Assembly: GCA_050174015.1 (NCBI GenBank)
Contig: JBFXKG010000003.1
Location: 1 to 64,000, forward strand
Length of the DNA: 64,000 nt
Reading direction: 5' to 3'
From: Candidatus Krumholzibacteriia bacterium
GTDB lineage: Bacteria > Krumholzibacteriota > Krumholzibacteriia > LZORAL124-64-63
In this document: one piece after another, positions 36,911 through 46,279 of the stretch
How the letters are laid out: each line of letters starts with the position of its first letter
How positions within the stretch are numbered: the stretch's first letter is position 1
Made by a program: the position numbers and the translations under genes
Notes under the pieces: model-generated
What the model saw: the letters and a program-made list of their open reading frames with translations, nothing else
The model's database searches: none
Told to the model about the DNA's origin: nothing

Positions 36911-38191
36911 TTTCACGATCATGATCCGGGTCTCCGGATTCGCGGCCCTCCAGGTCTTCCACACGCCCCTGACCGAGTCGACGTCGGGGACGGTGAGGTC
37001 CTGCAGTTCGCCCGCGATGCACAGCAGGAACCGGCTCAAACCGCCGTCGAAGTTCAGGCCGGGAAACCAGAGGCTGCCGGTTTCCAGATCCTGCAGGATG
37101 AAGATGTTGTGCCAGGTCCAGCCGCTGGCGGCGAAGGTCAAAATCCGACCGTCCGGAGATCCGTCCTGCAACGTGCGGCTGTACACGACAGCCGAATCGC
37201 AGAGGGGTCAGTAGGTGGCGGCCAGGGGGACCCCCCCGACCCAGTCGTCGACGACCTCCCGGTTGGGGATGTCGACGATCCGGTAGGCCCGGGCGTCGCC
37301 GTCGACGTCCACACCGATGACCTCGGCGGTGTTCTGGTCGTCGGGGTAACCCGCTTCACCGCGTCCGACCATCCGGGGATCGATGACCGGTCGGATGGTG
37401 TTCCGCCCCAGACCGTGGGCCCAGAAGGCCTGGTGGATGTTGTGGCGGAGGACCGCGTTGGTGATGTCGAAATCCTCTCCCGTCAGATCGGTGATGATGA
37501 TGGGTTCGGGAACCAGCGTGACGGCCTGGGGGGCCTGCGGCATGGCGCTGCGGTTGCCCGCCGAGTCCACGGCCACCGCCAGGAATCCGTGATCGCCGCC
37601 GGACGCCGCCAGGAAGACCACGCGCCCGGGGGAGAAGGTCCCGAAAAGTTCCGGTTCGATCGCGCCTGGGGGAATGATCCAGAGTTCGGCCGTGGCGATC
37701 CCGCTGGTGGAGTCCGACGCGGTCAGTTCCACATCGAAGCGCAGGCTGGTCTGTCCGGGTCCCGGGTCACCGACCCCGGCGACCGGCGGTTCGGCGTCCT
37801 GGACCGAGGACACCGCTTCGGACCAAGGGGACTCCCCGCCTTCGGGATCGCGGACCTTCACCCGGAAATGGTACCGCTCGCCGTGCTCCAGGCCGGTGAA
37901 TTCATGGGAATCGGCCGTGATCCAGCCAGATTCCGCGACCGGGTCGGCGAATGCGGCGTCGGCCCCCGCCTGGACCAGGGATTCCCCCCCGGAGAACTCC
38001 TCCGGCACTTCCCATTGGACGGTGTTGCTCGTCCCCGGGCTGAAGGCGGGCTCCCCCTGGAGAACGGGCGCCGTCCGGATGGTGGATGGTCCGGGGGCGG
38101 AATCGGGCTCGGTGACGTCCTCCCCGCAGCCGGAGATCACCCAGGACCCCACGGCGGCTGCGAGCAAGAGGAGAAGGGGGACGGTTCTCAT
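36908..38191 (-). CDS. Probable selenoprotein: lipoprotein with FN3-like domains and DUF3179-like domain (UxxC), 427 aa
   Basis: ORFs 37208..38191 and 36908..37186 are in frame; junction reads ATY-TGA-PLCDS (family motif TYCPLC); SECIS-like hairpin follows; lipobox ISGC; D.ETGSLW motif after the UGA. Confidence 0.8.
37176..37194 (-). promoter_or_regulatory. Bacterial SECIS-like hairpin
   Basis: CGGCUGU-[CGUGU]-ACAGCCG; loop starts 21 nt 3' of the UGA, with G at loop position 2. Confidence 0.7.
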
Positions 38192-38351
38192 GGCGCATGG
38201 CCTCCCGGATTCGAATGTGTGGGGTTATGGACCAGCATAGGAAGTTCCGCGGAGCGGGCAACCCCACCGGGGGAGGAGGATGGCGGGCGGGACGGCAGGG
38301 GCCCCGGAACTCTTCAGGGCTCGTCCGGGTTCAAGCAGGATTGCTGGTGCT

Positions 38352-38990
38352 TCACCTGAAAAGCGACTTCAATCCACCCCAGCTTCTGCTCTCCTTCGCC
38401 AGCGGCTCGTCGCAGCAGGTGGCGATGGCCCGCACCACGCTGTTGCCCTGCCAGCCGTGTTCGGTGACCAGATCCCGCCAGCCCGAACCCTGATCCAGGT
38501 AGCTGACGCCTGGATCGGGCGTGTCGTCACGCACGGCGTCGGGCGCCGGGGAAAAGTTCCCGGCCAGCTGGAAGGTGACGAAGTAGGCATCCCCGACGGT
38601 GGCGCAGGGGCAGGCCCCATCCAGATCGACGAAGATCTCGTAGAGACCGATGGCGGGAATGGTATGGGTTGCGACCGCCGAGGCGCAGTAGGGTGCGCCG
38701 GGCCGGAATGCTCCCGCCTCGGCGTCCCAGATCGCTTCGCGGAGTTCCACCAGGGAATCGAAGGAGTCCTGGAGATGCTCCTCCCCGAACTGCATCATCA
38801 GGGAGATCCGCTCGATACGAACCCCCACGGGACAGACGCAGCCCTCGTCCCTGGGGAGTACGAGATAGGCGTAGGCCTGGCCTCCGGTGATCCAGTTGCC
38901 CACGAATGCGGACGGATGGACGAGGTTGCCGAGAGGGCAGGTGCTCGGCGCCAGGACCGAGGCCAGCAGGACGGCGGCGGCGAGGTTCAT
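38352..38990 (-). CDS. Secreted Cys-containing hypothetical protein with C-terminal WGxxKxxR motif
   Basis: Signal peptide; ends ESRSWGGLKSLFR*. Confidence 0.65.
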   Translation of the reverse strand: MNLAAAVLLASVLAPSTCPLGNLVHPSAFVGNWITGGQAYAYLVLPRDEGCVCPVGVRIERISLMMQFGEEHLQDSFDSLVELREAIWDAEAGAFRPGAPYCASAVATHTIPAIGLYEIFVDLDGACPCATVGDAYFVTFQLAGNFSPAPDAVRDDTPDPGVSYLDQGSGWRDLVTEHGWQGNSVVRAIATCCDEPLAKESRSWGGLKSLFR

Positions 38991-39159
38991 GGTTTCCCCC
39001 CGATGGGTGCGGGCATTCTGATCAAATACAGGACAAATTTCGTTTGTATTAATATAGCATAGTTGGCGATGGTTGTTCCTGAATCCTCGAGCCCTGCCGT
39101 GTCAGGAGAAGAAACCCGGGGGTCGGATCCACCCCAATGAAACGGATGGAGGAGGGAAG

Positions 39160-39594
39160 GTGAGGACAAGGCGCTTGGCTGGGGGTTGTTATGCAGAACG
39201 GCAGAAGGCCGCTTGCGGCGTTTTGGGAGTGCTGAGCTTTTTCATCGTTATGACGATCACGATAGCCTTGCCGGCGGTCGAAGCTCCACCCATCGTCTGC
39301 CCGGCCAAGAGCGGCGCCAACTGGCTGCGCCACTACACCACCGCGTGCGATTCCCTGCGGGCCGACGCCCGCGAATGCCGCCTCTGCCACACGACCATCG
39401 AGCAGCTGAACCCCTACGGTCTTGACCTGGTCGAGGTGGGCAACCTCCCCTGGCTCATCGAGGACCTGGATTCCGATGGCGACGGCCGCACCAACGGTCT
39501 GGAAATCTCCGAGTGCACCCGGCCGGGGGTCTTCGATCCGGTCCTGAGCGGTCGACCCGAGGGATGGGGGGATCTCAAGGCCCACTGGAGGTGA
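39160..39594 (+). CDS. Small secreted protein with CxxCH motif, DSDGDG (temptin/TSP3-like) segment and WGxxKxxR tail
   Basis: CRLCH, LNPYG, DSDGDGRTNGLEI...PG; ends EGWGDLKAHWR*; start uncertain. Confidence 0.6.
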   Translation: MRTRRLAGGCYAERQKAACGVLGVLSFFIVMTITIALPAVEAPPIVCPAKSGANWLRHYTTACDSLRADARECRLCHTTIEQLNPYGLDLVEVGNLPWLIEDLDSDGDGRTNGLEISECTRPGVFDPVLSGRPEGWGDLKAHWR

Positions 39595-39611
39595 CCTCCA
39601 CCCGGGGGGGC

Positions 39612-39765
39612 CCCCCGGGGGACCTACTTCCTCGAAATCGGGCTCCAATCATCACTTTGGAGTCGGTTTTGTCCTTGGGGACCATGGCGCCGCCTTGTGT
39701 CCCCCGTCATTCCGTGCTAGGCTTCAAATGGAATCCCGGTCCCCGGTCCGGCCAACCCTGACCCG
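39612..39765. repeat. Dispersed repeat, copy B (~150 bp)
   Basis: Colinear with 41470-41617, from cccgggggacc.acttcctcgaaa to gccaaccctgaccc. Confidence 0.75.
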
Positions 39766-39997
39766 GGCGCGACACCTTCCTCCACCACGCCGACCAGGTT
39801 CACGGTCTTGTGCAAATCGACCCCAACGGGGAACGGAATCATTGTGCGGGACCAAAAGACAGTACTTGGGAGCGCATTGTTAGCAGAATTGGTTTGTAAC
39901 GGAGCATATTCCCCAAACCCCCTTAATTTGTCCAGAAATCGGTTGACTTTGATATAAAAAAGGTATAAATTTTATACAAAGACCTGCTGGAGGCAAA

Positions 39998-40261
39998 ATG
40001 GAATTTGAATTCGATCCGGCAAAGAGTGAAGCAAACCGCGAAAAGCACGGCATTGATTTTGTCGAGGCTCAGTTGCTATGGCTTGATTCAATGCTCTTGG
40101 AAATTCCGGCTCGAACCTCCGACGAACCCCGCTTTTTTGTGATCGGGAAGATTGGAAACAGGGTCTGGTCTGCCGTAATTACGTATCGAGAAGATCGCAT
40201 CCGAATCATTTCGGTCAGGCGTTCGCGAAAAGAGGAGGTTGAGATCTATGAAGGCGAATGA
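39998..40261 (+). CDS. brnT: BrnT family toxin (DUF497)
   Basis: MEFEFDPAKSEANREKHGIDF..., E.RF..IG, IRIISVR. Confidence 0.9.
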   Translation: MEFEFDPAKSEANREKHGIDFVEAQLLWLDSMLLEIPARTSDEPRFFVIGKIGNRVWSAVITYREDRIRIISVRRSRKEEVEIYEGE

Positions 40262-40475
40262 ATTCGAGGAAAAATTCGAAAGTGGTGAAGACATCACTTC
40301 CGATTTGGATATTTCCAAGGGTCGCCGATTGAATCAGGAGTCAAGGCGCATCAACGTCGATTTTCCGGCCTGGATGATCGAATCCCTTGACCGAGAAGCG
40401 AAGCGATTGGGGGTTACTCGCCAGTCGATCATCAAGGTTTGGATTGCTGAAATGCTAGAAAAAAGGGCTTCCTGA
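40248..40475 (+). CDS. brnA: BrnA/CopG-type RHH antitoxin
   Basis: KF..GEDI..LD, RINVDFP.WMI.SLD.EA.RLGVTRQSIIK.W. Confidence 0.85.
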   Translation: MKANEFEEKFESGEDITSDLDISKGRRLNQESRRINVDFPAWMIESLDREAKRLGVTRQSIIKVWIAEMLEKRAS

Positions 40476-40534
40476 TCTGCTAACAGGGGCTTGCACCGGC
40501 CGCCCGCGGCCGCTGGTGAAGCCAAACGTTGCCT
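40476..40534 (+). mobile_element. attC site
   Basis: GCTAAC-aggGGCTT(g)CACCgGC...GCtGGTGAAGCCaaac-GTT; inverted arms with one unpaired base. Confidence 0.8.
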
Positions 40535-40568
40535 GGTTCATCCCACCGAGTGTCGAAAGGAGGCCAGC

Positions 40569-41072
40569 ATGAATCCGACCGATGCTCAGGAAACATTGAT
40601 CGTCCGGTACTTGGAAGGGCCGGCACTTCTCGCGAGTACGGTCTCCGGCGTTCACGATGAAGATCTCGACGCCGCTCCGTCGAAGGGAGGCTGGACCATC
40701 CGGCAGATCGTACACCATGTCGTGGACGGCGATGATCTCTGGAAAGTCGGCATCAAAGCGGCTCTGGGAAACACACCGGGGGAATTCACGCTGGGGTGGT
40801 ATTGGTGCCAACCGCAAGAGGTTTGGGCCGAACGTTGGTCGTATGGATCGCGATCCGTGGACGTTTCCCTGGAACTGCTCAAGGCGATCAGAGCCCAGGT
40901 GTCGCAGCTACTGAGAACCATACCGGATGGGTGGAACAGATCTGTCGCTGTCCGCAAGGGAGACGGCGAGATCGTACGACTCTCCGTCGAGGCCGTGGTC
41001 ACGATGCAAACCGAACACCTTGAACACCATGTGAACCGCATCAAGGCTATCCTGCAGGAACGTGCTCGATAG
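40569..41072 (+). CDS. DinB family protein
   Basis: GGWTIRQIVHHVVD, H.EHH...I. Confidence 0.85.
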   Translation: MNPTDAQETLIVRYLEGPALLASTVSGVHDEDLDAAPSKGGWTIRQIVHHVVDGDDLWKVGIKAALGNTPGEFTLGWYWCQPQEVWAERWSYGSRSVDVSLELLKAIRAQVSQLLRTIPDGWNRSVAVRKGDGEIVRLSVEAVVTMQTEHLEHHVNRIKAILQERAR

Positions 41073-41469
41073 GTTCTTGTGCGAAAAATAGAGAATTCGA
41101 GGGACAGTTGATCATGCGGGTGAATCGCCCTGCTCAGCCACAGCCAGCGTCAAGGATCAGGCTGAGGCGATGCGGGTGTGGGCGCGCAGGTGAAAAGCAA
41201 CACGCTCACGGCCCCCGCAAGGCACCAGAGACCATGTATCATTGGGTTCCTCCTAACCTTCGAAGGGCATCCCGGGCTCCCCGATCGACAGCAGATCCGG
41301 AACGTGCTTGCGCACGAGCGTGTTCCAGCCGAGCCCGGCCCTCCGGGCCATTGAATGCGCCGGTGAAGCCAATCGTTCCGTGAAACCCGGCCAGCTTCCT
41401 GTCGATTGTTTGGGATCGTTCCCGGCTCAATCGCACCATCAGGGCCAAAGGCTGACCATCTTCATTCCG

Positions 41470-41617
41470 CCCCCCGGGGGACCAACTTCCTCGAAAACGG
41501 GCTCCAATCAACACTTTGGAGGCGATTTTATCCTTGGGGACCATTCCGGCGCCTTGTGTCCCCCAACCTCCCGTGCTAGGGTCGAGAGGGAATCCCGGTC
41601 CAGCCAACCCTGACCCG
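41470..41617. repeat. Dispersed repeat, copy C (~150 bp)
   Basis: Direct repeat of copy B; immediately upstream of the yddG-like gene. Confidence 0.75.
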
Positions 41618-41634
41618 AAGGCGGTCGGCCTCCC

Positions 41635-42567
41635 TTGGCGATCCATTCCGATCCCACAGCCACCCTGGGCGGATTCGGCGCCATCCTGCTGTGGAGCACC
41701 ACCGTGGCGGTGGCCCGCAGCCTGACCGAGTCCCTGGGACCGCTGACGGCCGGCGCGGCGGTCTTCTCGGCGAGCGGGCTCCTCGCCGTCGGGCTGGGCG
41801 GCCGCAGGCAGGCGACCTGGCGGGCGATCCTCCGCCAGCCACGCCCGTACCTGGCAGGATGCGGCCTGCTCTTCGTGGCCTACATGGTCCTGCTGTTCCT
41901 GGCCGTCGGCGGCGCGCACTCGCGCCAGCAGACCCTCGAGATCGGTTTGCTGAACTACCTTTGGCCCGTTATGACGGTCGTCCTATCGATCCCCTTGCTC
42001 GGCCGGAAGTGGGGATGGCTGCTGCCGCCGGGGGTCATCTTCGCCCTCGGGGGGATGGTCCTGATAGTTACCCAGGGCGGCCCGGTGTCCTGGTCCGGGT
42101 TTAAGACGAACTTCCTAACCAACCCCGGGGCCTACGGCATGGCCCTCGCCGCGGCGTTATGCTGGGCTTTGTATTCCAACCTGACCCACCGCTTCGCACC
42201 GGGCGCCAGGGATGGCGCCGTCCAGCTGTTCCTCCCAGTGACCGCCCTGGTCCTGCTTGCCGCCGCCTTGGGCGTGGACGAGCCCCGCGCGTGGTCCTGG
42301 CGGGCCGCCGCCGAGGCGGCCTTCCTGGGGACGGCCACCTACCTGGCTTACGGCCTCTGGGATGCGGCCATGCGCCGGGGCAATGTTATCAAGATCGGTA
42401 TAGCATCCTATGCGACGCCCTTGATATCCACCCTGGTCAGCCTGGCCTATCTCCGCGTCACCCCTGGGCTCTCCCTGTGGGTCGGCTGCGCGGCCCTGGT
42501 GCTGGGAGCCGTCATGAGCTGGGCGGGAGTGTCCCGCGGAGCAGGGGCGAAAACCCGCCGACCCTGA
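41635..42567 (+). CDS. yddG: DMT/EamA transporter, aromatic amino acid exporter YddG-like
   Basis: ATL.G..AILLWST, E.GLLNYLWP, WA.YS, SY.TP..S. Confidence 0.75.
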   Translation: MAIHSDPTATLGGFGAILLWSTTVAVARSLTESLGPLTAGAAVFSASGLLAVGLGGRRQATWRAILRQPRPYLAGCGLLFVAYMVLLFLAVGGAHSRQQTLEIGLLNYLWPVMTVVLSIPLLGRKWGWLLPPGVIFALGGMVLIVTQGGPVSWSGFKTNFLTNPGAYGMALAAALCWALYSNLTHRFAPGARDGAVQLFLPVTALVLLAAALGVDEPRAWSWRAAAEAAFLGTATYLAYGLWDAAMRRGNVIKIGIASYATPLISTLVSLAYLRVTPGLSLWVGCAALVLGAVMSWAGVSRGAGAKTRRP

Positions 42568-42804
42568 CGTGCGGGGAAACATCACGGCGGTCGCCTCGTA
42601 TGATCCCCCATTGCCCCACGGCCGTCCTCCCGCTAGGATGGCCGGACGGAGATGGTTGGCCCGGCGCATCTCGCCCGCCGGCCGCGATCGTCGGGTGTCG
42701 ATTTCGACGCCGAGGCGATCCGGCCCGGCCGGGATCCCGGGTCGAGGGAGGGACCATCGGCCGCTCACCGGAACACTCCCGCACGACTTCCAATCGAGGA
42801 CGCC

Positions 42805-43743
42805 ATGGCTCCAGTGCTTGAAGTGCGCGCCCTGCGCAAGGTCTTCGGCGACCTGACCGCCGTCGACGGCATCTCGTTCACGGTGAACGAGGGCGAGATC
42901 TACGGGTTTCTCGGCCCCAACGGGGCGGGCAAGACCACCAGCATCAGCATGATCTGCGGCCTGCTCGAGCCCACCGAGGGCGAGGTGCTGGTGCAGGGGA
43001 TCGGCATCCGGGAGAATCCCCGCGAGGTCAAGCGCCGCCTGGGGGTGGTGCCCCAGGAAGTGGCCGTCTACGAGGAGCTGTCCGCCAGGCAGAACCTGGA
43101 CTTCTGGGGCGGCATCTTCGGCCTCCGCGGAGGGATCCTGAAGAGGCGGGTGGCCGAGCTGCTCGAGCAGGTCGGTCTGGAGGACCGCGCGGACGAGCCG
43201 GTGAAGAACTTCTCGGGCGGGATGAAGCGGCGCCTGAACCTGGCCATGGGACTGGTGCACGATCCCCAGCTGATCCTGCTGGACGAGCCGACCGTGGGCA
43301 TCGATCCCCAGGCGCGGCACAAGATCCTGGACATCGTCAAGGAGGTCGTGGCCCAGGGGCGCACCGTGCTCTACACGACCCACTACCTGGAGGAGGCCGA
43401 GGACCTCTGCGACCGGCTGGCGGTGATCGACCACGGCCGCATCCTGGCCGAAGGAACCGTCGACCAGTTGAAGGCCCAGCTGGGCGAGGGCAGCCTGCTG
43501 ACGGTCCAGGGGCAGTTCTCCGCCGCCGCCCTGACCGCCGCCGCCGCGCGGGTCGCGGGCCTGCAGCCGGTGGAGATCGCCGACGGCCGAGGCATGCTCA
43601 TGGTGGGCAACGGGGGGCCGGGCGTCAGCCACACCCTCGAGGGGCTGTTCTCCGCCGGGCTCACCTTCGACGACATCAACATCAAGGAACCCAACCTCGA
43701 GGACCTGTTCCTCAAACTCACCGGCCGGGAGCTGCGGGATTGA
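42805..43743 (+). CDS. ABC-2 type transporter ATP-binding protein
   Basis: GPNGAGKTT, FSGGMKRRLN, LDEPTVGIDP, YTTHYLEEAE. Confidence 0.92.
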   Translation: MAPVLEVRALRKVFGDLTAVDGISFTVNEGEIYGFLGPNGAGKTTSISMICGLLEPTEGEVLVQGIGIRENPREVKRRLGVVPQEVAVYEELSARQNLDFWGGIFGLRGGILKRRVAELLEQVGLEDRADEPVKNFSGGMKRRLNLAMGLVHDPQLILLDEPTVGIDPQARHKILDIVKEVVAQGRTVLYTTHYLEEAEDLCDRLAVIDHGRILAEGTVDQLKAQLGEGSLLTVQGQFSAAALTAAAARVAGLQPVEIADGRGMLMVGNGGPGVSHTLEGLFSAGLTFDDINIKEPNLEDLFLKLTGRELRD

Positions 43744-43777
43744 TGCGGAACGAAACGACGCGACGAGGGGGCCCCGC

Positions 43778-45037
43778 ATGTGGCCGCTGATCCGCAAGGA
43801 CCTGATGCGACGCTGGCGCAGCCCGGCCTCGACCCTGGTCATGGTGGCCTTCCCGCTGTTCATGAGCCTGGTGATGGGCATGGTGTTCGGCCGCGGGGGG
43901 AACGGGCAGGAGTTTCCGAGGATCCGCGTCCTGGTCGAGAACCGCGACGAGGGCGGATTCCTGGCCGACGCCCTGGTGGGCGCCCTGGGCCAGGAGCAGG
44001 GCCAGGAATACCTCGAAGTGGAGATCGTGGGCGAAGAGGGGGCGGCCCTGATGGAGGACGGCAAGGCCAGCGCCCTGGTGATCATCCCCGAGGGGTTCTC
44101 GACCGCCATCGTCGAGCGCAGGCCCACGGCCCTGAGCATCGTGCGCAATCCTTCGGAGGGCATCAAGCCCGAGATCATCGTCCAGGGCGGGGAGCTGGTC
44201 GCCGCCTATCTCGATCAGGGATCGCGGCTGCTGGGTGGGGAACTGGGGAACCTCCAGGAGATGATCAAGGCCGACGAGATGCCGGCCTCGGCCAAGGTGG
44301 GCGCCCTGGCCGCGCGGGTGATGGACCGCATCCGCGACGTGGAGAGCTACCTGTTCCCGCCGCTGGTGGGCATCGGCAGCGCCAAGGAACAGGACCCCGA
44401 CGCCGGGGAGGACGATCCCAGCGGGGGCGGCGTGTTCGGCTACATCCTGGTGATGACCACGGTGATGGCGCTGCTGTTCGTGGCCACCCGGTCGGTGGGC
44501 GACCTCTTCGAGGAGAAGAACAGCGGGATGCTGCGCCGGCAGGCCGCCACGCCGTTGCCGGTCGGGCAGATCATCACGGCGAAGTTCCTGTTCAGCGTGG
44601 TCCTGGGGCTGCTGGTGATGCTCATCCTCGCGGGGACGGGCCTGGCCCTGGGCTGGATCACCGCCCCGGCGGACCCGTTGGCCGCCCTGCTGCTGGGGCT
44701 GGCCTTCAACCTGGCGGCCTGCGGGTTGGTGGCCGTGCTCGTCGGGCTGGCTCGCAACGAGAAGCAGGCGGGGATCCTGTCCTGGCTCATCGTCATGGGC
44801 ATGGGCGCCCTGGGCGGCAGCCTGACCCCGGTGGACCAGATGCCGGCGGCCATGCAGGGCCTGGCCCGGTTCACCCTGAACCACTGGGCGATCGACGGCT
44901 TCAACCGCCTGATGTTCGACGATGCGAACCTGCAGGCGGTGGCGGGGAACATCCTGGTCCTGCTGGCCGCCGGCGGTGTCCTGACCCTGGCGGCCAACCT
45001 CCTTCTGGTCCGGCGCTTCAGGGAGATGACCTCATGA
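43778..45037 (+). CDS. ABC-2 transporter permease
   Basis: KDL.RR.R, TM plus periplasmic loop, EK..G.L.R...TP, LGG...P. Confidence 0.85.
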   Translation: MWPLIRKDLMRRWRSPASTLVMVAFPLFMSLVMGMVFGRGGNGQEFPRIRVLVENRDEGGFLADALVGALGQEQGQEYLEVEIVGEEGAALMEDGKASALVIIPEGFSTAIVERRPTALSIVRNPSEGIKPEIIVQGGELVAAYLDQGSRLLGGELGNLQEMIKADEMPASAKVGALAARVMDRIRDVESYLFPPLVGIGSAKEQDPDAGEDDPSGGGVFGYILVMTTVMALLFVATRSVGDLFEEKNSGMLRRQAATPLPVGQIITAKFLFSVVLGLLVMLILAGTGLALGWITAPADPLAALLLGLAFNLAACGLVAVLVGLARNEKQAGILSWLIVMGMGALGGSLTPVDQMPAAMQGLARFTLNHWAIDGFNRLMFDDANLQAVAGNILVLLAAGGVLTLAANLLLVRRFREMTS

Positions 45038-46239
45038 GGCGCATCCTCCACCTCGCCCTGCACGACAGCCGTCTGTTCCTGGCGGCGCGGGAGAACTTCT
45101 TCTTCATGTTCATCATGCCCGTGCTGTTCATGCTGTTCTTCAGCGTGGTGCTGCGCGGCGGCGGGCCCGGCGACTTCCGGATCTCGCTCCAGGTCGTGGA
45201 CGGCGACGGCGGGTTCCTCGGCGAGGCGTTCATCGCCCAGCTCGAAACGGGGAAGTTCGACGTCCGGCGCCTGACTCCGGCCCAGGCCGACACCACCGAC
45301 TACATCCGGCGGCTGGTCATTCCCGAGGGCTTCGGCGCGGACGTGCTCGCGCGCCGCAAGACCGAGCTGGCGTTCACCAAGAAGTCGGATTCCAGCGTGG
45401 AGTACGACGCCGCGGCCGAGGTGCGCCTGCGCCAGGTGCAGGCCTCGTTCCTGGGCGCCTTGATCCTCTGGAACCGGGCGGCGCCGGATTCGGCGGCCCT
45501 GGCGGCGGGGACGGTCCCGGAACCGACGGAGCAGGAGAAGGCCGCCCTGCTGGCCCTGATCGCCGAGCCTCCCACGGTCACCGTCGAGCAGAGCTTCGCC
45601 GGGCAGGGCCGGCCCGTCCCCTCGGGCGCCGGACAGTCCGTGCCCGGGATGCTGGCCATGTTCGTGGTGATGATCGTGGCCATCGGCGGGTCCGAGACGC
45701 TCACGCGGGAAAAGCTGTCGGGCACCCTGGCGCGCCTGGCGACCACGACCTTCAGCCGCGGGGAGATCATCGCGGGCAAGCTTCTGCACCTGGGATTGGT
45801 GGGTTTCGTCCAGGCCCTGGTCCTGATGGCGGCGGGCCAGGCCATCGGCGCGATCGGCCTGTTCGGCATCGACTTCACCTGGGGTCCCCGGTTCTGGGTC
45901 ATCCTCGTGCTCCTGATCCCGTATTGCTACTCCGTGGCCGGGCTGACCCTCCTGCTGGGCGGATTGTTCCGCACAACGCAGCAGGCCGAGAGCCTGGCCT
46001 GGCTGGTGGGGATGATCTTCGCGGCCATGGGCGGCTGCTGGTGGCCCGCCGAGATCATGCCCACCGCGGCGCGCATCCTCGGCGGCTTCTTCCCCACCTA
46101 CTGGGCCATGGACGCCCTGCACGGGGTGGTCACCTTCGGGCGAGGACTCGAGGCCATCGCCCTGCCCTCGGTGATCCTGGTCCTCTATGGCGTCATCTTC
46201 TCCTGGCTCGGCTCCCGCACCATGAAGGTGAAGGGCTGA
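45034..46239 (+). CDS. ABC-2 transporter permease
   Basis: EK.SGTL.RL, GGCWWP.EIMP, P.YWAM; ATG at 45034 overlaps the previous stop. Confidence 0.85.
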   Translation: MRRILHLALHDSRLFLAARENFFFMFIMPVLFMLFFSVVLRGGGPGDFRISLQVVDGDGGFLGEAFIAQLETGKFDVRRLTPAQADTTDYIRRLVIPEGFGADVLARRKTELAFTKKSDSSVEYDAAAEVRLRQVQASFLGALILWNRAAPDSAALAAGTVPEPTEQEKAALLALIAEPPTVTVEQSFAGQGRPVPSGAGQSVPGMLAMFVVMIVAIGGSETLTREKLSGTLARLATTTFSRGEIIAGKLLHLGLVGFVQALVLMAAGQAIGAIGLFGIDFTWGPRFWVILVLLIPYCYSVAGLTLLLGGLFRTTQQAESLAWLVGMIFAAMGGCWWPAEIMPTAARILGGFFPTYWAMDALHGVVTFGRGLEAIALPSVILVLYGVIFSWLGSRTMKVKG

Positions 46240-46279
46240 TCGGCCGGCGGCGTGCCGGCGGCGAAAGGAACGCGGACCG

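Larger units (their letters stand above)
39880..40528 (+). mobile_element. Integron gene cassette carrying a BrnT/BrnA toxin-antitoxin
   Basis: GTTAGCAGA (39879) is complementary to TCTGCTAAC (40476-40484) at the attC start; low GC; own promoter TTGACT-17-TAAATT. Confidence 0.8.

Noticed and set aside
36908..37186. Separate 92-aa gene, or nonsense pseudogene
   Set aside because: Better explained as the C-terminus of a UGA read-through selenoprotein (UxxC plus SECIS).
39860..39890. dif/Xer site upstream of brnT
   Set aside because: Only GCGCAT and TGTTA fragments match and the spacing does not fit a 28-bp dif; the cassette junction explains GTTAG.
41120..41175. Hairpin atcgcc..ctcagcc...ggctgaggcgat as the attC of dinB
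   Set aside because: No AAC/GTT core sites and no complement to the GTTGCC junction; too degenerate to call.
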